A stretch of DNA of 62,375 bases, filler included, from Caldilineae bacterium (lineage in GTDB: Bacteria > Chloroflexota > Anaerolineae > DTLA01): NCBI GenBank assembly GCA_037446815.1. It is 15 parts of 15 records of this genome, joined end to end, with 100 filler letters (N's around TTAATTAATTAA, not from the genome) between each part and the next. Parts side by side here need not be neighbours in the genome. Positions count along the whole stretch, not along the records: positions 9,183 to 13,555 come from JBBIHX010000210.1; positions 13,656 to 17,993 come from JBBIHX010000211.1; positions 18,094 to 22,308 come from JBBIHX010000212.1; 12 more parts are not named here. One strand, written 5' to 3'. This document shows positions 9,265-18,216 of the stretch, piece by piece. Under the pieces are notes generated by a model, which saw only the letters and a list, made by a program, of their open reading frames with translations, was not told the DNA's origin and did no database searches. Positions within the stretch are counted from its first letter, which is position 1, and every line of letters begins with the position of its first letter. Made by a program: the position numbers and the translations under genes.

Positions 9265-10158
9265 GTGTCGGATCTGTTGTGGACGCTGTCGCAACTGGAT
9301 ATTCGGGCGGCAGTGGATATTCTGCTGGTCGCCTTGGTCTTCTGGGGGCTGCTCCAGTTGATCCAGCGCACCCAGGCGGTGCAACTGCTGCGGGGTGTGG
9401 TGCTGGTGGTGCTGGCTGCTGCGGTGCTCACCAGCATCTTCCGCCTTACGGCCTTCTCGTGGCTCATGGGCAAGGCCGTGCCTGCGCTCCTCCTGGCCGT
9501 GCCGGTCATCTTCCAGCCCGAACTGCGCCGCGCCCTGGAGCGCCTGGGGCGGGCCGGGGCCTTCGCCAATCGCTCCGGCGCAGAGCCGCTGTTCCGCCAG
9601 GTGATTCGGCAGGTGGCCCGCGCCAGCGCCCTGCTTTCGGACCGACGCCATGGCGCCCTCATCGTCCTGGAGCGCGAGACCGGCTTGCAGGAGTACGTGG
9701 ATACCGGCGTGCGCGTGGACGCCGCGCTCACGACCGAAATCCTGCTCACCATCTTCTTCCCGAATACGGCGCTGCACGACGGCGCGGTCATCGTTCGCGG
9801 CGACCGCGTCGTGGCCGCCGGTTGTGTGCTGCCACTGGCGACCGGCACGGCGGTGGACTACCGCCTGGGCACGCGCCACCGCGCCGCCCTGGGCATCACC
9901 GAGCAGACGGATGCGGTCGTCGTGGTCGTGTCCGAGGAGACCGGCATCATCTCCGTGGTCCACAACGGGCGGATGATCCGCCGCCTGGACGAGAATCGCC
10001 TGGTCAAGGTGCTGGACGCCATCTACCTGCCGCGGACGGTGCCGGTAACGCGGGCCAAACAATGGGCGCGGTGGTTCAAGAATGCGGGTGCGGGCGTGCG
10101 GGCCTGGTTCGGGCGGGTCGCGCGCATCCTGCCCGGATTCAACAAACGGTCTTCGTAG
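9265..10158 (+). CDS. cdaA: diadenylate cyclase CdaA
   Basis: three N-terminal TMs, FQPELRRALE, LHDGA, GTRHRAA, VSEETG. Confidence 0.95.
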   Translation: MSDLLWTLSQLDIRAAVDILLVALVFWGLLQLIQRTQAVQLLRGVVLVVLAAAVLTSIFRLTAFSWLMGKAVPALLLAVPVIFQPELRRALERLGRAGAFANRSGAEPLFRQVIRQVARASALLSDRRHGALIVLERETGLQEYVDTGVRVDAALTTEILLTIFFPNTALHDGAVIVRGDRVVAAGCVLPLATGTAVDYRLGTRHRAALGITEQTDAVVVVVSEETGIISVVHNGRMIRRLDENRLVKVLDAIYLPRTVPVTRAKQWARWFKNAGAGVRAWFGRVARILPGFNKRSS

Positions 10159-10168
10159 GCTGGGTATC

Positions 10169-11446
10169 ATGCGCAGTTTTCTGGAGAATATCGCAAGCGC
10201 CATACTGGCGATCATCCTAGCGCTGTTGGTGTGGATGGCCGCCGTGAATGAGCAGAACCCCATGCAGTCGGGCGTGTTCGGCGAGCCAATCCCCGTGGAG
10301 ATCGTCAACAAGCCGCAGGGCCTGGATTTTGTCAACCCGAGCCAGATTACGGAGTACGTGCAAATCAGCATTCGGGCTCCCCGCTCGGCTTGGAGCACGC
10401 TGAAAGGGAGCGATTTCCGGGCCGTGGTGGACCTCACGGGGCTGCAGGCGGGGACGCACGCCGTTCCCATTACCGTCAAGTGCTCGGAGCCGTTGGTGCG
10501 CGTGGAGAGCATCCAGCCGGCGAGCATGAACATCCGCCTGGAGCAGGTGCTGGAGAAGGTGTTTGAGGTCCGCGTGCGCATCATGGACGACCCCGCGCTG
10601 GGGTACGAGGCCCGCACGCCGGTGGTGGAACCGCCCACGGTGAAGATTATCGGGCCGGCGTCGCGCGTGAATCAGGTGCAGTCGGTGGTGGCCGATATCT
10701 ACCTGCGCCGCACCAAGACCTCTGTGCAGCGGGACGTGGTCGTCTCGCCCCGCGATGCTCAGGACAATCCTGTGGCTCTGCTGACCACCATAGAGCCTGC
10801 GCAGGTGTCGGTAACGGTGCCGGTGGAGCAGAAACTGGGCTATCGCGATGTCTCGGTGAGCGTTATCCGCAAGGGGCAGGTGGCGCGCGGCTACCGCATC
10901 ACGGGCATCTCGGTGGACCCGTCCATCGTTACCATCGTGGGCAGCCCGCTGACGGTGTCGCAGATGCCTGGCTATGTGGAAACGCTGCCGCTGGACATCA
11001 CCGACGCGACATCGGATATCAAGGCCCGCATCGGCATCGTGCTGCCCGAAGGCGTGTCCATCCTGGGCGACCAGACGGTCAGCGTAACGGTCAGCGTCTC
11101 GCCCATCATTGACAGCATCACCATCCAGCGGCCCGTGAGCATCCAGGGGCTGCACCTGGGCTACACGGCCCAGCCGTCGCCCGGCACGGTGGACGTGATT
11201 CTGTCGGGGCCGCTGCCCAAATTGGAGGCGTTGACCCTGGAGGAGGTGCGCGTGGTGGTGGACCTGTTCGGCCTTGGGCCGGGTGTGCATAAGGTCATCG
11301 CCCAGGCCTTTGCGCCCGAAGGCCTGACCGTGGAGAGCATTCTCCCCGATACGATAGAAGTGGAAATCAAGGCTCCCATGGGCCTGGTAACCGCCACGCC
11401 GACCCCGACGCGCACGCCGACGCCCACGCCGACCCGGCGGCCGTAG
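10169..11446 (+). CDS. cdaR: CdaR/YbbR-like regulator of CdaA
   Basis: N-terminal TM, repeated YbbR-like beta domains, directly after cdaA; ATG 10169. Confidence 0.85.
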   Translation: MRSFLENIASAILAIILALLVWMAAVNEQNPMQSGVFGEPIPVEIVNKPQGLDFVNPSQITEYVQISIRAPRSAWSTLKGSDFRAVVDLTGLQAGTHAVPITVKCSEPLVRVESIQPASMNIRLEQVLEKVFEVRVRIMDDPALGYEARTPVVEPPTVKIIGPASRVNQVQSVVADIYLRRTKTSVQRDVVVSPRDAQDNPVALLTTIEPAQVSVTVPVEQKLGYRDVSVSVIRKGQVARGYRITGISVDPSIVTIVGSPLTVSQMPGYVETLPLDITDATSDIKARIGIVLPEGVSILGDQTVSVTVSVSPIIDSITIQRPVSIQGLHLGYTAQPSPGTVDVILSGPLPKLEALTLEEVRVVVDLFGLGPGVHKVIAQAFAPEGLTVESILPDTIEVEIKAPMGLVTATPTPTRTPTPTPTRRP

Positions 11447-11458
11447 CGAGGTGCCCGC

Positions 11459-12781
11459 ATGAAGCCCATTGTCGCCGTGGTTGGCCGCCCCAATGTGGGC
11501 AAATCCACCCTGTTCAATCGCCTCATCGGGCAGCCCCTGGCCATCGTGGAAGATTCGCCCGGGACGACCCGCGACCGCCTGTACGCCGACTCCGAGTGGA
11601 ATGGCCGCGCCTTCACCGTGGTGGACACAGGGGGGCTGGTCTTTGACGAGTCGGGCGAGGTGGAGTGGAAGGTGCGGGAACAGGCTCAAATCGCCATCGC
11701 CGAGGCCGATGTCATCGTCTTCATGGTGGACGCCTCCACAGGCCTGACCGCAGCCGACCGCGAGGCCGCCGATCTTCTGCGCCGCACCAAGAAGCCGCTC
11801 ATCCTCGCCGCCAACAAGGCCGACAACGAGCAGCGCCGCCAGGCTGCCGTGGAGTTCTACGAACTGGGCCTGGGCGAGCCGATTCCCATCTCGGCGCTCC
11901 ACGGGACGGGCACGGGCGACCTGCTGGACGCCATCACCGCGTCCTTCGCGCCGGAGGTGGTGGAAGAAGCCGACGAAGCCATGCGCGTGGCCATCGTGGG
12001 CCGGCCCAACGTGGGCAAGTCCTCGCTGCTGAACGCCCTGCTGGGCGAGGAGCGGGCCATCGTCAGCGAGATTCCGGGCACGACCCGCGACGCCATAGAT
12101 ACCCGCCTGGACTGGGGCGGCCAGCCCATCGTGCTGATTGACACCGCCGGCATCCGCCGCCGCGGGCGCGTGGAGCCGGGCGTAGAGAAGTACAGCGTCC
12201 TGCGGGCCATGCGCGCCATCCAGCGGGCCGATGTGGCGGTCCTGGTGCTGGACGGCGTGGATGGCCCCACGGCCCAGGATGCCCACATCGCCGGCTACAT
12301 CCTGGAGGAGATGAAGAGCGTCGTCGTGGCCGTGAACAAGTGGGACTTGGTGCCCAAGGATTCGCACACCATGCACCAGTACACCCAGGTGGTGCGGGCG
12401 GCCCTTCGGTTCATGGACTACGTGCCGGTGCTGTTCATCTCGGCGAAGACGGGCCAGCGGGTGGGCCAGGTGCTGGACACGGCGCTGCGCGTCCGCGATG
12501 AGCGCCTGGTGCGCCTGTCCACCGCCGAACTCAACGACATCCTCCGCACGGCGGTGGCTCGCCAGTCGCCGCCCACCAAGGCCGGCAAGGCGCTGAAGTT
12601 CTACTACGCCACCCAGCCCGCCGTGGACCCTCCCACGTTCGTGTTCTTCGTGAACGACAAGGAGTTGGTGCACTTCTCCTACGTGCGCTACCTGGAGAAT
12701 CAGATTCGCGAGCGGTACCCGTTTACGGGCACGCCGTTGCGGATGCTGTTCCGGGGGCGCGAGCCGCGGAGGAAGAAGTAG
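11459..12781 (+). CDS. der: ribosome biogenesis GTPase Der/EngA
   Basis: two G domains (GRPNVGKS x2, DTGG/DTAG, NKAD/NKWD) and C-terminal KH-like domain. Confidence 0.97.
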   Translation: MKPIVAVVGRPNVGKSTLFNRLIGQPLAIVEDSPGTTRDRLYADSEWNGRAFTVVDTGGLVFDESGEVEWKVREQAQIAIAEADVIVFMVDASTGLTAADREAADLLRRTKKPLILAANKADNEQRRQAAVEFYELGLGEPIPISALHGTGTGDLLDAITASFAPEVVEEADEAMRVAIVGRPNVGKSSLLNALLGEERAIVSEIPGTTRDAIDTRLDWGGQPIVLIDTAGIRRRGRVEPGVEKYSVLRAMRAIQRADVAVLVLDGVDGPTAQDAHIAGYILEEMKSVVVAVNKWDLVPKDSHTMHQYTQVVRAALRFMDYVPVLFISAKTGQRVGQVLDTALRVRDERLVRLSTAELNDILRTAVARQSPPTKAGKALKFYYATQPAVDPPTFVFFVNDKELVHFSYVRYLENQIRERYPFTGTPLRMLFRGREPRRKK

Positions 12782-12876
12782 GGGCGCAATTCGTCGGGGT
12801 GCAATGGAATTGCCCGCGCACGGTTACGTTACCGCGGGCCGGGGCCGGGCGCTTGTGGCAGCGCGGCCCACGCTTC

Positions 12877-13089
12877 CTATTGCGGGGGTCTACGCCGCTC
12901 CTCTATCTCTCGCGTGATTTCGTCCAGCGTCCTGTCGCCGAAGAGGGCGTCCCGCTCCTGCGTGTAGTCCCCAAGGCCGGTCATGAACTGCTTGAGGAAG
13001 CGAACGGTGTCAACGACACCCAGTTCCCGGTACAACAGGCGAAGGGCTTGCTGATTGATTTCCACCAGCGGTCTGGCTTCAATCGTCAT
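12877..13089 (-). CDS. small protein, putative antitoxin of the PIN gene
   Basis: 70 aa, ATGA overlap with the PIN gene; ELGVVDTVRFLKQF..GLGDYTQER. Confidence 0.65.
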   Translation of the reverse strand: MTIEARPLVEINQQALRLLYRELGVVDTVRFLKQFMTGLGDYTQERDALFGDRTLDEITREIEERRRPPQ

Positions 13090-13526
13090 GGCTCAATCTC
13101 CCGAATCAATTCCAGCGGTGAGACCACTTTGACCCGGACATCGGCCGTCTGTTGCGCTCGGCGGATCAACCGGTCGTCACACGTACAAAAGTAGTCTGCC
13201 TGGCCTGCTTCTGCGCATGCTAGGTGAAGGGCATCCAGCGCGCGAAACCCCGACTCAACCAGTTGCTTCGCACGCTCCTTGATGCCCGCTGACAGGTGAA
13301 TCACCTCACGTGCCTCCATCAAGATTGCCATAGCGTGTTCCCGACGGACAGGCACCGGATTCTGTTCGGTCTCGTAGATCAGCGCATCCGAGGACAGCAG
13401 CGTGATCCGCCCCGACTCCAAGAGCGCCAGGATGCCCAAGACGGCCTCCCCTTCCAGGACAATGCGAATCTGGTTAGCCGTGTCCAAGGGCCTTTGAATA
13501 GCGCAAACGTCAAGGTAAATCCTCAC
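13086..13526 (-). CDS. PIN domain protein (VapC-like)
   Basis: IYLDVC, ALDALHLACA, FCTCDDRL. Confidence 0.85.
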   Translation of the reverse strand: MRIYLDVCAIQRPLDTANQIRIVLEGEAVLGILALLESGRITLLSSDALIYETEQNPVPVRREHAMAILMEAREVIHLSAGIKERAKQLVESGFRALDALHLACAEAGQADYFCTCDDRLIRRAQQTADVRVKVVSPLELIREIEP

Positions 13527-13655
13527 GGTGCGACTCTCTCACCTTCAGTTGGCACNNNNNNNNNNNNNNNNNNNNNNNNNNNNNNNNNNNNNNNNNNNNT
13601 TAATTAATTAANNNNNNNNNNNNNNNNNNNNNNNNNNNNNNNNNNNNNNNNNNNN

Positions 13656-13774
13656 CTTCGCTCAGCATGACAATACGAGATGCTTCGCCTTCGCTCAGCA
13701 TGACAATACGAGATGCTTCGCCTTCGGCTCAGCATGACAATACGAGATGCTGCGCGTTCGGCCCAGCATGACAA
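13656..13774. repeat. tandem array (~3.6 x 33-34 bp) of a REP-like unit
   Basis: unit CTTCGCTCAGCATGACAATACGAGATGCTTCGC; inverse copy TGTCATGCTGAGCCGAAGGCGAAGCATCTC at 17964-17993 and 22258-22287. Confidence 0.9.
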
Positions 13775-13835
13775 AGGCAGCGCAGGGAGCGCGCCGCGGC
13801 GCGATTCCGTGTGTCGCCTGTGGGAGAGGTGAACC

Positions 13836-16800
13836 ATGAACCTTCGCGTTTTGATCCTGGAAGACCGGCCGGAAGACGCCGAACTGATGTTGCGGGAACT
13901 GCGGCGCGCCGGGTACAACCCCGAGTTCCGCCGCGTCGCCTCGGAGGCCGAGTTCGTCGCAAGCCTCTCCGACCGCTGGGACATCATCCTGTCCGACTAC
14001 TTCTTGCCCGCCTTCACCGGCCTCCAAGCCCTGCGCCTGGTGCAGGAGCGCGGCCTGGACATCCCCTTTGTCCTCGCAACGGGGTCCACCAACGAAGAGA
14101 TAGCCGCGGAGTGCATGCGCGCGGGCGCGGCCGACTACGTGCTCAAGGACCACCTCGCCCGCCTCGGGCCCGCCGTGCAGCGCGCGCTGGAGCGCAAGCG
14201 CGCCCGCGACGAGCGCAGGCAAGCCCTGGAGGCCCTGCGCGAAAGCGAGGCCAAACTCCGCACCGTCTTCCACAGTTCCGCCGACCTCATCACCATCGCC
14301 GACATGGAGACCGGCGTCTACGTAGAGGTCAACGACGGCTTCCTGCAGACGACCAACTACACCCGCGATGAGGTGCTCGGCAAGACCGGCGAGGACCTGC
14401 GCCTGTGGGTGGAGCCCGACCAGCGGGCCCGCATCGTGTCGCGCCTTGTGCAGGGGATGCCCGCGCGCAACGAGGAAACCTGGTTTCGCAAGAAGGACGG
14501 GACGCCCTTCGTCGGCCTGCTCACCGCCGAGATCATTACGGTGTCGGGCCGCCCGTCCCTGCTCTGCATCGTCCGCGACATCACCGAGCGCAAGCAGATG
14601 GAGCGCCAAGCGGAGGAGCGGCGCTTGTTCCTGGAGAGCGTGCTGGCCTGCGCGCCCGACGCGGTCGCAGTCCTGGATGCCCAAGCCCGAGTCGTGGAGT
14701 GGAGCCTCGGCGCCGAGGCGCTCTTCGGCTACACCCGCGACGAGGCGCTGGGCAGGGACATAGACGAACTGGTCGCCGCCCCCGACCCGGCGATTCGCAA
14801 GGAGGCCGTGGGCCTGACCGAACGACTCCTGCGCGGCGAGCCGGTGAAGACCACCGAGATGGTGCGCTACCGCAAGGACGGCTCGCCGGTTACAGTCATC
14901 GCTGCCGGCGCCCCCATCGTGATAGAGGGCAGGGTCGTCGGCATCGTCGCCGTCTACACCGACATCACCGAGCGCAAGCGCGCAGAAGAGGCGCTCCGCG
15001 ACAGCGAGCAGCGGTACCAAACCCTGGCCAAGATGTCGCCGGTGGGCATCTTCCGAACGGACGCCCAGGGCAAGACGACCTACGTCAACCCGCGCTGGAG
15101 CGAGATTTCCGGGCTGGACGCTCAAAACGCCCTGGCCAACGGCTGGCTTAAGGTCGTGCATCCCGAGGACCGGGACCACATCGCCGCCGGCTGGGCCGAC
15201 GCTACAAAGGCAAGCGCCCCGTCCACCGCCGAATACCGCTTCCTCCGGCCCGACGGGCAGGTCGCCTGGGTCATCGGGCAGGCCGTCCCCGAGACCGATG
15301 CCCAAGGCAACCTCGTGGGGTACGTGGGAACCATCACCGACATCACCGAGCGCAAACAGATGGAAGAGGCGCTGGCCCGCCGCAACCGCGAACTGCAAAC
15401 CCTGAACGAACTGAGCCGCGCCCTGGCCCAGACCCTGGACCTGCAGCGCATCTACGTAACCGCCCGCGATTACGTGGCCCAACTCGTGGACGCGCCGGTG
15501 TTCGGGATTTCCCTGTACGACGCGGCCTCGCGGACCTTGCGCGCCGAGTTCATGTCCAGCGACGGCGAGATTCTGGACACCTCCCAGTTCCCCCCGCTGG
15601 CCATGCCCTCGGATGCCCCGGAGCCCCTCCGCGGGCGCGCCAAGGCCATCCTCACCGCCGAGCCCGAGGTGATAGCATCGCTGCCCGACGTCCTCGCCCA
15701 GACCGGCGCGAAATCGCGGGTGATCGGCGCGGCGGGCGATGAGCGCGAGCCGCTCTCGGCCGCCTACGTCCCCATGGTCGTGGAAGGCCAAGTCATCGGC
15801 CTCATGGAGGTGCAGAGTTACCGCGCGAACGCCTACGACAAGGACGCAGCCGACATGCTCCGCTCCGTCGCGGGCCAGATCGGCCTCGCCATCCAGAACG
15901 CGCGCCTGTTCCAGCAGGTGCAAGCCCATGCCGCCGAACTGGAGCGCAGCCTGAAGGAACTGCAGCGAACCCAATACGCCCTCATCGCCAGCGAGGCCCG
16001 TTTCCGCAGCCTGGTAGAGTCCATGGACGACATCGTGTTCACCCTGGATCGTCGGGGCCGCCACACGGGCGTCTTTGGCCGCTGGCTGGAGAAGTACGGC
16101 ACCCCGCCGGAGATGTATCTGGGCAAGGCCGCCCGCGAACTCCTGGGGCCGGAGGCCGCCCGCATCCACGAGGAAGCCAACGCCCGCGCCCTGGCCGGCG
16201 AGAACGTCGTCTACGAGTGGTCGGCCGAGCGGCCTAATGGGACGACCTACGTGCAAACGTCGCTCTCGCCCCTGCTCGGCCCGAACGGGCAGGTGGTCGG
16301 CATCGTCGGCGTGGGCCGCGACATCACGGACCTCAAGCGNNNNNNNNNNNNNNNNNNNNNNNNNNNNNNNNNNNNNNNNNNNNNNNNNNNNNNNNNNNNN
16401 NNNNNNNNNNNNNNNNNNNNNNNNNNNNNNNNNNNNNNNCTGCGCGAAAGCGAGCAGCGGTACCGGTCCCTGGTGAACCTCTCGCCCGATGGCATCTGGG
16501 TCCATCGGTACGGAGAAGTCCTGTTCGCCAACCGCGCCGCCGCGGCAATGTTCGGCGCGCAGAGCCCCGATGACCTCATCGGCAAGCAAACGCTGGACTT
16601 CGTCGCGCCGGAATACCGCGAGATTGTGTGGGAACGGATGAGGCGCGGGCAGGAGGAAGGCGAGCCGGCGCCCCTGATTGAGGAAAAACTGCTCCGTCTG
16701 GACGGGAGCGAGTTTTGGGCAGACGTGTGCGCCGTGCCGATAGAGTGGGGCGGCCAGCCCGCCGTGCAGGTCATCATCCGCGACATCACCGAGCGCAAGC

Positions 16801-17954
16801 AGATGGAGGAGCGCCTCCTCCAGGCGCAGAAGATGGAAGTGGTGGGGCGGCTGGCGGGCGGCGTCGCCCACGACTTCAACAACATCCTGACGGCCATAAC
16901 CGGCTACGCCACCTTCGCGCTGGAGGCCCTGCCTCCGAGCGACCCCGTGTGTCAGGACATCCAGCAGGTCCTGGACTCGGCCCAGCGCGCGGCGAACCTT
17001 ACGCGGCAACTGCTGGCCTTCTCCCGCCGCCAGGTCATGGAGCAGCGCACCATTAGCCTCAACGACCTCATCATGAACCTGGACAAGATGCTGCGGCGGC
17101 TCATCGGGGAGGATGTGGAACTCATCACGCTGCCGGGCGAGAACCTGGCCGCGGTGCGGGCCGACGCCGGCCAGATAGAGCAGGTCATCGTCAATCTCGC
17201 CGTCAACGCCCGCGACGCCATGCCCAATGGCGGTAAACTCATCATTGAGACGGCCAACGTAACCCTGGGCGAGGAGTACGCCCGCCGGCATCCAGGCGCG
17301 GAGCCGGGCGACTACGTCCTGCTGGCGGTCTCCGACACTGGCGTGGGCATGACCGATGAGGTCAAGGCGCACCTGTTTGAGCCGTTCTTCACCACCAAGG
17401 GACCCGGCAAGGGCACCGGACTTGGCCTGGCCACCGTGTACGGAATCGTGAAGCAGCATGGCGGCAACATCTACGCCTACTCGGAGCCGGGCAAGGGGAC
17501 GACGTTCAAGATTTATCTGCCCGCGGTCAGGGCCGAGGCAGAGCGCCTGCCGCGCCGCGACGATGAGGGGATCATCCCCGGCGGCACCGAGACGGTGCTG
17601 GTGGTGGAAGATGAGCCGCTGGTGCGATCCATGATCATGCGCACGCTGCGCGAGCAGGGGTATCGGATACTGGAGGCGGCCAACGGGAACGAGGCGCTGC
17701 GTCTGGCCGAGGAGTACGAGGGCGAGATTCACCTGCTCCTGACCGACGTGGTGATGCCGCAGATGGGCGGTAAGGAATTGCAGGAGAGGCTTGCGGCCCT
17801 GCGGCCCGGCATTAGGGCGCTGTTCGTGTCGGGGTACACGGACAACGCCATCGCGCACAGGGGCATACTGGACCCCGGGGTTGCGTTCCTTCAGAAGCCG
17901 TTCACGTCGGCGGCCCTGGCCCGCAAAGTCCGCCAGGTGCTGGATAGGGGGTAG
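13836..17954 (+). CDS. hybrid sensor histidine kinase (REC-PAS-PAS-PAS-GAF-PAS-PAS-HisKA-HATPase-REC); internal 100-N gap at 16340-16439
   Basis: LILED..., repeated [47 protein letters not shown]. Confidence 0.93.
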   Translation: MNLRVLILEDRPEDAELMLRELRRAGYNPEFRRVASEAEFVASLSDRWDIILSDYFLPAFTGLQALRLVQERGLDIPFVLATGSTNEEIAAECMRAGAADYVLKDHLARLGPAVQRALERKRARDERRQALEALRESEAKLRTVFHSSADLITIADMETGVYVEVNDGFLQTTNYTRDEVLGKTGEDLRLWVEPDQRARIVSRLVQGMPARNEETWFRKKDGTPFVGLLTAEIITVSGRPSLLCIVRDITERKQMERQAEERRLFLESVLACAPDAVAVLDAQARVVEWSLGAEALFGYTRDEALGRDIDELVAAPDPAIRKEAVGLTERLLRGEPVKTTEMVRYRKDGSPVTVIAAGAPIVIEGRVVGIVAVYTDITERKRAEEALRDSEQRYQTLAKMSPVGIFRTDAQGKTTYVNPRWSEISGLDAQNALANGWLKVVHPEDRDHIAAGWADATKASAPSTAEYRFLRPDGQVAWVIGQAVPETDAQGNLVGYVGTITDITERKQMEEALARRNRELQTLNELSRALAQTLDLQRIYVTARDYVAQLVDAPVFGISLYDAASRTLRAEFMSSDGEILDTSQFPPLAMPSDAPEPLRGRAKAILTAEPEVIASLPDVLAQTGAKSRVIGAAGDEREPLSAAYVPMVVEGQVIGLMEVQSYRANAYDKDAADMLRSVAGQIGLAIQNARLFQQVQAHAAELERSLKELQRTQYALIASEARFRSLVESMDDIVFTLDRRGRHTGVFGRWLEKYGTPPEMYLGKAARELLGPEAARIHEEANARALAGENVVYEWSAERPNGTTYVQTSLSPLLGPNGQVVGIVGVGRDITDLKXXXXXXXXXXXXXXXXXXXXXXXXXXXXXXXXXXLRESEQRYRSLVNLSPDGIWVHRYGEVLFANRAAAAMFGAQSPDDLIGKQTLDFVAPEYREIVWERMRRGQEEGEPAPLIEEKLLRLDGSEFWADVCAVPIEWGGQPAVQVIIRDITERKQMEERLLQAQKMEVVGRLAGGVAHDFNNILTAITGYATFALEALPPSDPVCQDIQQVLDSAQRAANLTRQLLAFSRRQVMEQRTISLNDLIMNLDKMLRRLIGEDVELITLPGENLAAVRADAGQIEQVIVNLAVNARDAMPNGGKLIIETANVTLGEEYARRHPGAEPGDYVLLAVSDTGVGMTDEVKAHLFEPFFTTKGPGKGTGLGLATVYGIVKQHGGNIYAYSEPGKGTTFKIYLPAVRAEAERLPRRDDEGIIPGGTETVLVVEDEPLVRSMIMRTLREQGYRILEAANGNEALRLAEEYEGEIHLLLTDVVMPQMGGKELQERLAALRPGIRALFVSGYTDNAIAHRGILDPGVAFLQKPFTSAALARKVRQVLDRG

Positions 17955-18093
17955 GGGTGGGCCTGTCATGCTGAGCCGAAGGCGAAGCATCTCNNNNNNN
18001 NNNNNNNNNNNNNNNNNNNNNNNNNNNNNNNNNNNNNTTAATTAATTAANNNNNNNNNNNNNNNNNNNNNNNNNNNNNNNNNNNNNNNNNNNN

Positions 18094-18143
18094 ACATGAG
18101 GAGAGTGCGCCTGCGGTTCACCAACACAGGATGAAACCGACTC
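18094..18143. mobile_element. MITE terminus, partial
   Basis: CCAACACAGGATGAAACCGACTC at 18121-18143; ~50 bp nearly identical to 26726-26775 and to the reverse complement of 54719-54768. Confidence 0.7.
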
Positions 18144-18216
18144 CGGAGACGCGGAGACCGCAGGGGAATCTTGGCTTTCGCTCTGCGTCCTCTATGCCTG
18201 CGCGGTGTGTTCTGGC

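Noticed and set aside
13656..13774. Possible CRISPR array
   Set aside because: Units are contiguous with no unique spacers and no cas genes; the unit matches the dispersed REP-like family.
13695..17990. 1431-aa minus-strand ORF, and similar long antisense ORFs over der, valS, uvrC, smc and trpB2
   Set aside because: High-GC shadow frames opposite well-supported genes; no recognisable motifs.
18121..18143. CCAACA...TGRAACCGA motif as an integron attC site
   Set aside because: No matching GTTRRRY end or cassette arrangement; the paired copy with a target duplication fits transposon ends better.
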